A stretch of DNA of 44,936 nt from Candidatus Bathyarchaeia archaeon. Its GTDB lineage: Archaea > Thermoproteota > Bathyarchaeia > Bathyarchaeales > Bathycorpusculaceae. The first letter of the stretch is position 1, and the number at the start of each line of letters is the position of its first letter. Location: NCBI GenBank assembly GCA_035292005.1, contig DATDQZ010000085.1:1-44936 (forward strand). Reading direction: 5' to 3'. The notes beneath the pieces were generated by a model. It was given only the letters and a program-made list of their open reading frames with translations, had not been told where the DNA came from and did no database searches. Below, piece after piece: positions 36,879-44,504 of this stretch. The position numbers were made by a program, and so were the translations under genes.

Positions 36879-37097
36879 TTACTTTGTTCCCTGCTCAATC
36901 GCCATTTTGAGCATTTGTCTACCATCATAATTCCAATAAGTAATGTCTTGTTCTATAAAGAGCCATTTGAGTATTTTCAGGAGCATTTCAAGTGGTAGTC
37001 CTTCGTGGAAAGCGTCCTTATCTTTCTTCTGCAGAATGGAGTCTGGCTCTTTACAATTCCAAACATTGTCAATTAGTTGACTTTCTGAACGGAACAT
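36879..37097 (-). CDS. Hypothetical 72-aa protein, divergent from the nuclease gene
   Basis: ORF with protein-like composition (LKILKWLFIEQDITYWNYDGRQML). No family assigned. It could be a fragment of a larger gene. Confidence 0.3.
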   Translation of the reverse strand: MFRSESQLIDNVWNCKEPDSILQKKDKDAFHEGLPLEMLLKILKWLFIEQDITYWNYDGRQMLKMAIEQGTK

Positions 37098-37145
37098 GGA
37101 AAGATTTAGATCGTAAGTCCGCTATTAGATATTGTTCAGTGGGGA

Positions 37146-38150
37146 GTGAGAGACTTGACCGTCAAACAGCCATCCTATTTTCTAGTTTCATTATCGAACA
37201 GGATGAACTTGGACTTATGCATTAAATACGCTTTGGCAGGTTTTCCAAACACTCTAAATGGCGTGTGGACATTCTCAGACATAAGAAATGGAGATTACAT
37301 TTCCTTCTTATATGGAGCCAGAGCCCACAATCTGTATAGAGTTGAAAAGAAAGAAGCTATACGGAATTCTCGGAATTTGCCGCCATGGAAGCCAATTGAA
37401 TTCAGGGTCTCTCGGAAGACCTACTATTTCCCATTTAGATTAACTCTCACTCCAATTCGCAAGCTCGATGAGCCTCTGGTAAGATTGGAGTTTGCCTACG
37501 TTGCAGAAAACCTTCTTTTGAGAGGAGGCTATCGGAAGACGCATTTCCAAGGAGACCAAACTACGCTTCAGAATATCTCCCAAATGGGCAGTCTTCACGG
37601 GCAAGCTGAAAAACTTGAGATGCAAGGATACGAAACGTTCATCCCCAAATTCATTAGAAACAGAAAACTCGCATCACCACCAGAAGTCTATCCGCTTCAA
37701 GAAATGGTGCTTCAAGCAGCGATAAGACAATTTTTGAGCGAAAACAGGAACATCGACTCATTGTTGAAACTCGTTGGAGTGTGTGATTTAGATGTGGAAA
37801 AGCTGGAAGTTCTGGGGGAGAAGGCCCTCCCTGAAGGTCACGTGGACATTCTTATCAAAGAAGCTATACCCATAGGACTTTCCAAAAAAGTTGTTGTGGA
37901 AGTAAAGATGGCTAAGGCACACGATAAAGACATAGAGCAGCTAGAAAAATACGTGGTTGAATTAGAAACGGAATGCGTTGGTGGAATATTGATTGCGAAG
38001 GAGTTCCCCCAAAAGATTATTCAAAAGAGCGGCAAGCGAGATGGCGTCGGTTTGAACCTTGTGAAGTATATTCTGAGTGACTTTTCTCCAGATGACAGCT
38101 ATACCTTTGAGCAATTAAAAGAGAAAATTAGGCTCGACACAGTCAAATGA
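37146..38150 (+). CDS. EVE/PUA-like N-terminal domain fused to a PD-(D/E)xK (DUF91/NucS-C-like) nuclease domain
   Basis: N-terminus: YFLVSLSNRMN...GVWTFSDIRNGDYISFLYG...YRVEKKE...YYFPFRLTLTPI, which resembles archaeal EVE proteins. C-terminus: GHVD(234)ILIKE...VVVE(252)VK(254)MAK...IEQLEKY, a D...ExK nuclease core (nt 37845-37907). Confidence 0.6.
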   Translation: MRDLTVKQPSYFLVSLSNRMNLDLCIKYALAGFPNTLNGVWTFSDIRNGDYISFLYGARAHNLYRVEKKEAIRNSRNLPPWKPIEFRVSRKTYYFPFRLTLTPIRKLDEPLVRLEFAYVAENLLLRGGYRKTHFQGDQTTLQNISQMGSLHGQAEKLEMQGYETFIPKFIRNRKLASPPEVYPLQEMVLQAAIRQFLSENRNIDSLLKLVGVCDLDVEKLEVLGEKALPEGHVDILIKEAIPIGLSKKVVVEVKMAKAHDKDIEQLEKYVVELETECVGGILIAKEFPQKIIQKSGKRDGVGLNLVKYILSDFSPDDSYTFEQLKEKIRLDTVK

Positions 38151-38200
38151 CTTTACCTGCTTCTAGAAACAGGAAGGGCGACCAGTTTCTACTCTTGTAA

Positions 38201-38554
38201 TTACGTCGCGTTTGGGTATTCTTTTATGATTTTTTGGACTAACTCGTTAAAGACCTCGTTCTTTTGACGTTTGGCATTGAGTTTTGCTATCGCTTCTTTT
38301 TTGCTGTCGCATTTAGCGAGTATGACACACCAGCCATTTCCTTCGTCGCCAGTGATTAAAGTCTTGCCAGTTTTCATGTTCTCCCATACCCAGACTCGGT
38401 TTCCGATATGTTCTACTTTGGGGTCATCCGTGCCTAGTTGCTCAACGATTCTCTCGTCGGAGACAACCCTGCCCTTGAAATACAGTGCCACCCTGTTAAC
38501 ACCTCCATAGTTTTGAAGCCAGTCCATATCCTGTGTGTTCTGAACACCGGTCAC
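38201..38554 (-). CDS. Hypothetical 117-aa protein
   Basis: Clean ORF convergent with the nuclease gene. No recognisable motif. Confidence 0.45.
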   Translation of the reverse strand: MTGVQNTQDMDWLQNYGGVNRVALYFKGRVVSDERIVEQLGTDDPKVEHIGNRVWVWENMKTGKTLITGDEGNGWCVILAKCDSKKEAIAKLNAKRQKNEVFNELVQKIIKEYPNAT

Positions 38555-38731
38555 TGTGATGTGAACTGGTCAATGAACAAAAAGCTATGTTAAGTTTATA
38601 AGTGTGATCGTTTTTTCATGAAAAAATTCTCTGATGGGACATTGAATGAGTTCACCTGCAGTTCTATCCGCACTTGCGTCTTTATATAAGGGGGGATAGG
38701 CTTTTCCGAGCACAACAGTTTAGAATAGTTT

Positions 38732-38754
38732 GTGAATTGGTGAATTTGTGAATT
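38732..38754. repeat. Three tandem GTGAATT motifs with 8-nt periodicity
   Basis: GTGAATT at 38732, 38740 and 38748 (GTGAATTG GTGAATTT GTGAATT), inside a roughly 520-nt non-coding gap. Confidence 0.6.
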
Positions 38755-39121
38755 TCGTTAGGGTTCTTATAGGCTTCGTGTTTTCTGTCTGGTTTCGGGT
38801 GCCACAAACTGATTTCCTATTCAGCGTCAGGAGGTGAACCGCGAAGAAACTGCTTACGCTACGTTTCGGGCTATCCCGTTAAAGCCCAATGCACAGGAAA
38901 CCCAGCATATTTGGAGCCTAATAGCGATTCAATGCAGAAACCTATAGAGGGTCTACCCCTATTGGCGTTTTTCTCAACCAAAAACCGCCACTCGCAAGCT
39001 AAAGTCCAACCTACTTATAGAGGGGCTATAGTCTCCGCAGAGCACGCAAATCACCCAGAGAATATTTATATTGGGCTAAATGATTTTACTGCAAGGAAAA
39101 ACCCGAAAGGAACAAAACATC

Positions 39122-39586
39122 TTGACGACTCCCCACGACGTTCCAGCAGCCAAATTCATCGACAAACTAGCCAAATACCTAAAGGAGAACGTTGACGAGG
39201 TACAACCCCCACCATGGGCAAGCGTCGCCAAAACAGGCTCGCACGTGGAAAAGCAACCTCAAAACCCTAACTGGTGGTACACGCGCAGCGCTTCAATACT
39301 GCGCAAAGTCTACGTCCACGGTCCCATAGGCATAGAAAAACTGCGGGCTGACTACGGAGGAAGAAAAGGCTTCGGCACCAAACCCAGTCACGCCTCTAAA
39401 GCTGGCGGAAGCAACATAAGAAAAGTCCTGCAGCAGCTAGAAGCAGCAGGCTTAATCCAAACCGCAAGCCCTCAGGGAAGAAAGATGACTCCGAAAGGAA
39501 GAAAACTCCTACAGGAAATAGCTGAAGACTTGCAGAAAGATATGGTGAAAACAGTTCCAGAACTCAGGAAATATCAAGGCGAATAA
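39122..39586 (+). CDS. rps19e: 30S ribosomal protein S19e
   Basis: TTPHDVPAAKFIDKLAKYLKE ... WWYTRSASILRKVY ... GGRK ... GSNIRKVLQQLE. TTG 39122 gives the usual S19e N-terminus. The ORF track start ATG 39080 sits only about 10 nt after a TATA-like box (39062-39072). Confidence 0.85.
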   Translation: MTTPHDVPAAKFIDKLAKYLKENVDEVQPPPWASVAKTGSHVEKQPQNPNWWYTRSASILRKVYVHGPIGIEKLRADYGGRKGFGTKPSHASKAGGSNIRKVLQQLEAAGLIQTASPQGRKMTPKGRKLLQEIAEDLQKDMVKTVPELRKYQGE

Positions 39587-39589
39587 GCG

Positions 39590-39919
39590 ATGTCGGATGA
39601 AGAGCTTGAGACGATTCGCAGAAGAAAAATTTTGGCTCTGCAGCAAAGAATGATGGATGAGCAAAGGCAGGTTCAAGCAGAGCAGCAGATGGAAATGCAG
39701 AAGCAGGAATTGCTGAGGCAAATATTGTCTCCCGAAGCTAGGCAAAGACTGACAAACTTGAAGATGGTTAAGCCCGAATTCACAGAGCAGCTGGAACTCC
39801 AACTAATACAGTTGGCGCAAGCGGGTAAATTGCCTATACCGCTGTCGGATGCTCAACTGAAACAAATGCTAATCCAGCTTCAATCTCGGAAGCGTGAACC
39901 AAAAATAAGAAGGATATAA
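39590..39919 (+). CDS. PDCD5/TFAR19-like double-stranded DNA-binding protein
   Basis: [19 protein letters not shown] ... [10 protein letters not shown] ... SDAQLKQML. Conserved position downstream of rps19e. Confidence 0.8.
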   Translation: MSDEELETIRRRKILALQQRMMDEQRQVQAEQQMEMQKQELLRQILSPEARQRLTNLKMVKPEFTEQLELQLIQLAQAGKLPIPLSDAQLKQMLIQLQSRKREPKIRRI

Positions 39920-39921
39920 AC

Positions 39922-40080
39922 ATGGCGCGAACTAAACCTCCAGCTAAAAAGCATAGGCTGGGTAAGGCTACTAAGCAAAAAAAGCCTGTCCCGACTTGGG
40001 TAATAGTGCGAACCGCTGGGAAAGTTAGGACAAACCCTAAACGCAGAAGACAGTGGAGAACACGAAAAATAAAGGCATAG
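39922..40080 (+). CDS. rpl39e: 50S ribosomal protein L39e
   Basis: Not in the ORF track because it is under 60 aa. My translation is [52 protein letters not shown], which closely matches the L39e consensus. Confidence 0.88.
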   Translation: MARTKPPAKKHRLGKATKQKKPVPTWVIVRTAGKVRTNPKRRRQWRTRKIKA

Positions 40081-40120
40081 GAGAATTGAAACCATAAAAA
40101 AAGAAGACAAAGAGGAGCAA

Positions 40121-40600
40121 ATGCCTGATGAAGCACAGGAAGAAGAACTAGCGGGCACCATCGAAGAAGAGGGCGCGGAAGCAAAACTCGAAGAAAGCTT
40201 GGAAGAAAAAGCAACAGAGGAAACGGTTGAGGCTGAAGAGGCGCCTGCGCCAGCGGAAGAAGAGGAAGCTAAACCTCCAGAAAAGAAAAAGAAGGAAGAG
40301 GAAGAAATCGTTGAAGAAAGAATTTACACGATTCCCTTGGGGAAGGCATGGGTTAGACCGCCGAACAAAAGAGCGCCGAGAGCTATGCACATGATTAGAG
40401 CCTTTGTAAATAGACACATGAAATTGACTATGCGTGTAGAGGAAGAAGAAGAAAGGGAGTTACCCAAACTGGTGATAAGCAAAGAAGTGAACGAGAAAGT
40501 TTGGGGCAGAGGCATAGAGAAGCCTCCGCGAAAAATCCGAGTGCGCGCCGCTAAAGACAAAGACGGTAATGTAACGGTTCATCTGGCTGAAGAAAGCTGA
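40121..40600 (+). CDS. rpl31e: 50S ribosomal protein L31e with an acidic N-terminal extension
   Basis: L31e core: ERIYTIPLGKAWVRPPNKRAPRAMHMIRAFV ... VNEKVWGRGIEKPPRKIRVRA. It is preceded by about 65 Glu/Lys/Ala-rich residues, and no alternative canonical start lies close to the core. Confidence 0.8.
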   Translation: MPDEAQEEELAGTIEEEGAEAKLEESLEEKATEETVEAEEAPAPAEEEEAKPPEKKKKEEEEIVEERIYTIPLGKAWVRPPNKRAPRAMHMIRAFVNRHMKLTMRVEEEEERELPKLVISKEVNEKVWGRGIEKPPRKIRVRAAKDKDGNVTVHLAEES

Positions 40601-40860
40601 TTTCTCCCCGAATAAGGAGTGTTTTCATTTTCTTTTCTTGAAGATTTTCCACGCTCGTTGTGCTCTACTGTGACGTATTCAAAGCCTGTTTCTATTAGCG
40701 TGCTCCTGCATAAGGAAACAGCCTTCTATAGGGCAGGTATGGTTAATAATGAGCACGGGTAAACCTTCGAAAAGAAATCGAGAAACAAAAAGCAATTCAG
40801 CTTGAAAAGGTTTAGAAAACGAGCATAGCAGCGTTACGTGACATGTCGGCGGAAGCATAA

Positions 40861-41994
40861 ATGAAAAGAGTGATTACAATAACATTTCTCAACTACTTCG
40901 TGTCGGGAGCACTCACGCTGATAATTCCATTGTTGCTTTTGGATAGAAACGTGAATTTGGCAGAGATTGGATTGGTGCTGTCAATTATGCCTTTAGTCTT
41001 TCTTTTAGTTCGATTACTGCTCGCGGCACTTGCAGATCAGCTAGGGTGGGCTCCTTTCTTCATTCTTGTGAATTGGCCCGGAACACTCTTTTCCACCGTG
41101 ATATATTTTTTCGCCAACTCCATTCCAGCTTTTTTTGCTGGCAAGATTGTTGAGGGCGTGAAAGAATCTGCGTACTGGGCAGTTAACAGGACCGCTATCT
41201 TTTCTTTGTCCCCGAAACGAAAAGAAAATGAAGCCACAAGGATGAACGCGGTGATATGGTTATCTACTGCCATTGGCAGCGCCGCAGCGGGGATTGGAAT
41301 TGCTTACGTAGGATTTTCATCGACAATAGGCATTTTGATTATAGCATCGACTATGATGGGGATTCCCGCTGGACTACTCTGGAACACAAGGAAAAAGTCT
41401 TCAGGACCAAAGTCAAAAACCTCAAGCGTAATTGCCCTGCTTAACCCAAGGGGCAGGGACAGAACGTTTTGGCTGGTCTCAACATCACTGCTGTTTAACA
41501 GCCTTGCCACGTACCCTCTAATAACGCTGCTTTTGCCCGTTTTCATGGACCAGCAACTAGGCTACAGCTATATTTCAATCGGGTCAGCCTACATGCTGTA
41601 CAATGTAGTCGCCGGGTTAGTGACATTGCTCACCCTAAAGATGCCCCTCAATGCTGGAAGAGTTGCTATCCAAAGCCTGATAAGCCTGTTCGCAGCGTTT
41701 TTGCTGGCGAACTCGGGCTTTTACTTTCTCGCGTTTTTTTTGGCACTTGCTGTCGCTCGAGGTCTCGGAATAGGCTTATTCGAATCTATCATCGCCAAAG
41801 TTACAAAGACCACACCCATAGTTTCAGTCGACATCGCGTTGCTCCATGTATTCACACGAGTTGCCGAGTTCGCTTCAGTATTAAGCGCTGGATTCGTCGC
41901 TCAATCTTTGGGATATGCGCCTGTTTTCGCTGCTTCAGGAGTCTTTTTCGCCGTCTTCTCGATTTCTTCTTTTTACATCCTAAGAAACAGGTAG
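40861..41994 (+). CDS. MFS-type transporter
   Basis: 377 aa, about 10-12 hydrophobic segments, with a central basic loop (RKKSSGPKSKTSS) splitting two halves. Confidence 0.7.
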   Translation: MKRVITITFLNYFVSGALTLIIPLLLLDRNVNLAEIGLVLSIMPLVFLLVRLLLAALADQLGWAPFFILVNWPGTLFSTVIYFFANSIPAFFAGKIVEGVKESAYWAVNRTAIFSLSPKRKENEATRMNAVIWLSTAIGSAAAGIGIAYVGFSSTIGILIIASTMMGIPAGLLWNTRKKSSGPKSKTSSVIALLNPRGRDRTFWLVSTSLLFNSLATYPLITLLLPVFMDQQLGYSYISIGSAYMLYNVVAGLVTLLTLKMPLNAGRVAIQSLISLFAAFLLANSGFYFLAFFLALAVARGLGIGLFESIIAKVTKTTPIVSVDIALLHVFTRVAEFASVLSAGFVAQSLGYAPVFAASGVFFAVFSISSFYILRNR

Positions 41995-42005
41995 CTTCAA
42001 CTCCC

Positions 42006-42051
42006 AGTGTGCAGGAGATTTCGCCATTGACAGTCAATTTGGCTGAAGAGA
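42006..42051 (+). repeat. Direct repeat copy A (about 46 nt)
   Basis: AGTGTGCAGGAGATTTCGCCATTGACAGTCAATTTGGCTGAAGAGA. Matches 43085-43131 at about 85% by hand alignment. Confidence 0.75.
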
Positions 42052-42209
42052 CCTGATTTTCCCGCCGAATGATTCTCTATTTCTTTTTTTCGTTTTCTGG
42101 TTATCAAGTGACTTCAGAAGTCGAGTTTTGAATATTCGGACAAGTGATTTTGGGTTTTGACTAGCAGTTCATAAAGCTTTTAGTATTATTCAGCATACCT
42201 CACATTTGC

Positions 42210-42998
42210 TTGGCGAATATTATGCAGGGTATTTACCAAAAAGGGAAAAGAGAAAAGCAACATCGAGCTTGGACTAGGCTTTTAAGGTTAATTCCAAATA
42301 AGCTTAATCCAAGTTTGTCTATGCCCAGGGTCATTCCAGCCATTCTAACTAGGTTTAGCGATGTATGGCAGACCTATAAGCAAATGTGGTATGTGCCCTT
42401 CATTTGGTCTTTCGCGTGGTGTTCGTACTGGATAATCTTTGATAGTGCCGTTTGGAATAAGCCGTTGGCTCAATTGAACCTGTTGAACTGCATTGGAGCG
42501 GCAGCCTCAGCCATTTTTATTCTTGCTGCGTCTCCTATCAGAAGGCACCTTCAAAAGGGAGTTGTTTTTGTCAGGACTCATCTCGGCAGGGGACTTCATA
42601 GGGCTTTTGTTCTTTTTGGGAATAAAATTAGAAAGCGCCTTTCTCACATCGCCCTTCGGCGCAAACGAGAACCCAGTCAGGCGGAAAAGCCAAAGCTTCA
42701 AGAGCCACAAGTCGTAAAGTCCTCTCACACTGGACAGACCAGGCGAGTGACAAAGTCGAGCCAGGCAAAGCCGCAGACACAGCAACCGTCTTCGCCTGTA
42801 AGCTCAACGCTTCCCAGTTTTGATTGTTCTAGCCAAAACGGAGCGTCTGGAGGAATGGACCAGTGTCTAATATGCGCGAACTTGATAAATTGCACGTACA
42901 GGCGAAACAAATCGTCTGGGTCAGAAGTGGATAACGAAAGCAGCGCTCCTAGTCTTTCTGTAGAAGAAATTGTTGTTGAAGAAGCGGTCGCCTCTTGA
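42210..42998 (+). CDS. Hypothetical membrane protein with a basic, Ser/Thr/Gln-rich linker and a C-terminal Cys cluster
   Basis: Two hydrophobic segments (YVPFIWSFAWCSYWIIF, LNCIGAAASAIFILAASPI), an Arg/Lys-rich stretch, then C-x12-C-x2-C-x5-C (FDCSSQNGASGGMDQCLICANLINC). The start could be TTG 42210 or ATG 42222. Confidence 0.5.
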   Translation: MANIMQGIYQKGKREKQHRAWTRLLRLIPNKLNPSLSMPRVIPAILTRFSDVWQTYKQMWYVPFIWSFAWCSYWIIFDSAVWNKPLAQLNLLNCIGAAASAIFILAASPIRRHLQKGVVFVRTHLGRGLHRAFVLFGNKIRKRLSHIALRRKREPSQAEKPKLQEPQVVKSSHTGQTRRVTKSSQAKPQTQQPSSPVSSTLPSFDCSSQNGASGGMDQCLICANLINCTYRRNKSSGSEVDNESSAPSLSVEEIVVEEAVAS

Positions 42999-43084
42999 GC
43001 GCGTCATGAGGCTCAGTTCTGGCACTTCACAAGAGGTTGGGAACCTCATAGAATTTCTGGACTGAACCACAAGATAAAAAAGGG

Positions 43085-43131
43085 AGTGTGCGGAGATTTC
43101 GCCATTAGCAGCCACATTTGGCTGAAGGAGA
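43085..43131 (+). repeat. Direct repeat copy B (about 47 nt), overlapping the eif6 leader and Shine-Dalgarno-like GGAG
   Basis: AGTGTGCGGAGATTTCGCCATTAGCAGCCACATTTGGCTGAAGGAGA. Ends 8 nt before the eif6 TTG start. Confidence 0.75.
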
Positions 43132-43138
43132 ATAATCC

Positions 43139-43819
43139 TTGGCCGTTTACTTATCCAGCATCGTTGGAAGCGCAAGCATAGGCGTGTACTCGCTTGTTAC
43201 TGAAAAGATTGCTGTTTTTCCGAAGATGTTTCCATTGGAAAAAGCTGAGCGAATGGCTGAATGGTTGAAAGTGAAGCTTGTGCATACTTCCATCGGCGGC
43301 TCCGTGCTGGCTGGCGCGTTAGCGTGCGCGAACTCTAATGGGATTCTGCTTCCCCATTTTGTTCGAGAAGAAGAACTTGCCTGTCTCCGCTCGTTGTTTG
43401 AAGGTAACATGACGGTGATGGAGACTAAGAAGACGGCTTATGGTAATTTGGTTTTGGCGAATGATTATGGCGCGGTTGTTGACCCGCGCTTCAAGGAACC
43501 TGACCTAAGGCAGATTGCTGACGCCTTAGGTGTTGAAGCCGTTCCCGGCGAAATCGCTGGGTTGCCTTATGTGGGGGCTTTGGCTGTGGCTACAAACAAG
43601 GGCGTTTTGGCGCATCCCTTGTTGAAGGATGAGGAAAGGAAGATTTTGGAGAGTGTGTTTAAGGTTCCTGTTGATGTTGGCACGGTGAATTGTGGGATAC
43701 CTTATGTGGGTACGGGTTTGATTGGGAATTCGCGTGCGGCTGTGGCTGGGTCTTTGACAAGTGGACCCGAGATGTTTATAATTGGGAATGCATTGGATGT
43801 TGTGCAGGAAGATGAGTAA
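43139..43819 (+). CDS. eif6: Translation initiation factor 6 (aIF6)
   Basis: SIVGSASIGVYSLVTEKIAVFP ... HTSIGGSVLAGALACANSNGILLP ... and a repeated pentein-type pattern. TTG start. Confidence 0.88.
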   Translation: MAVYLSSIVGSASIGVYSLVTEKIAVFPKMFPLEKAERMAEWLKVKLVHTSIGGSVLAGALACANSNGILLPHFVREEELACLRSLFEGNMTVMETKKTAYGNLVLANDYGAVVDPRFKEPDLRQIADALGVEAVPGEIAGLPYVGALAVATNKGVLAHPLLKDEERKILESVFKVPVDVGTVNCGIPYVGTGLIGNSRAAVAGSLTSGPEMFIIGNALDVVQEDE

Positions 43820-44048
43820 GTTGAAGGTTTTCAGAGTAACCGGCGAGATTAGAAAGCCGAACTTGGAGACGCCGTTCAGGAAAGAAGTGTTAGCGGCTAA
43901 ACCTGAGCATGCTGTGGAGAAGGTTTACGCCGAAATCGGCAGCAAACACCGTGTCAAAAGGTGTCACATGAAAATATTGGCTGTCGAAGAAGTTTCGCCT
44001 GAGGAAATTGAGAATCCGATTTTGAAGAAAATGGTTGCTGGGGAATAA
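43812..44048 (+). CDS. rplX: 50S ribosomal protein LX (L18Ae/L20A family)
   Basis: MSKLKVFRVTGEIRKPNLETPFRKEVLAAKPEHAVEKVYAEIGSKHRVKR. ATG 43812 overlaps the eif6 stop by 8 nt. Confidence 0.8.
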   Translation: MSKLKVFRVTGEIRKPNLETPFRKEVLAAKPEHAVEKVYAEIGSKHRVKRCHMKILAVEEVSPEEIENPILKKMVAGE

Positions 44049-44051
44049 GAC

Positions 44052-44504
44052 TTGGCAGGTAGAAGCAAAGAGGAAGAGGAGCTCCGCAGGCTCAGCGTTG
44101 AAATGCGCTTTCTCGAGCAGACCGCCGAAACTTTACAGTCACGAATCAACATGATGAACGCGGCTATAACAGACTTAACTTACGCTGACATGACATTAGA
44201 GGGCGTAGAAAAGGAAAAAAAGAACGCTGAACTTCTCGTCCCAATAGGCGGGCGTTCTCACGTTAAAGTGAAACTTGTAAACCCTGACAAGGTTATTGTC
44301 GGAATGGGCGCGGGAGTGGCTATTGAAAAAACGTTGCCAGAGGCAAAGTCAATAATCAAAGAACGGTTAGGCGAATTGGAGAAAACTATGCTCTCAGCGC
44401 AGCAGCAATTTGCTCAAGTTGTCGAGAGAATTAACACGGGAAGAAATAGGCTCGAAGGGTTACTTGCCAAGTTAAGAGGGGAGAAAGCTCCGAGCAATGT
44501 TTGA
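44052..44504 (+). CDS. pfdA: Prefoldin alpha subunit
   Basis: Coiled-coil / beta-hairpin / coiled-coil layout: LEQTAETLQSRINMMNAAITDL ... LLVPIGGRSHVKVKL...VIVGMGAGVAIEKTLPEA ... LEKTMLSAQQQ. Confidence 0.85.
   Translation: MAGRSKEEEELRRLSVEMRFLEQTAETLQSRINMMNAAITDLTYADMTLEGVEKEKKNAELLVPIGGRSHVKVKLVNPDKVIVGMGAGVAIEKTLPEAKSIIKERLGELEKTMLSAQQQFAQVVERINTGRNRLEGLLAKLRGEKAPSNV

Noticed and set aside
38732-38754. The GTGAATT x3 array as a CRISPR or mini-satellite
   Set aside because: The units are 8 nt with no spacers, and there are only three copies. It is far too short for a CRISPR array, so I kept it only as a small tandem motif.
38555-39121. RNase P RNA or SRP (7S) RNA in the long gap before rps19e
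   Set aside because: I looked for GGAAAGUCC / ACAGAA..GGCUUA-type RNase P blocks and for the SRP helix-8 GGAA-tetraloop context. I found only vague partial resemblances and no consistent fold.
38911-39195. The 94-aa ORF overlapping the rps19e 5' end
   Set aside because: It is out of frame with S19e and has a low-complexity, Ser/Arg/Pro-rich tail. It also reads through a hairpin plus T5. It is probably non-coding.
39834-40560. Minus-strand ORFs 39834-40214, 39880-40161, 40148-40417 and 40324-40560
   Set aside because: They are antisense to rpl39e/rpl31e. Their Leu/Phe/Ser-rich low complexity simply mirrors the GAA-rich sense strand.
41852-43175. Minus-strand ORFs 41852-42037 and 42921-43175, which share the peptide NGEIS
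   Set aside because: The shared peptide is a by-product of the ~46-nt direct repeat read on the opposite strand. Neither ORF has other coding support.
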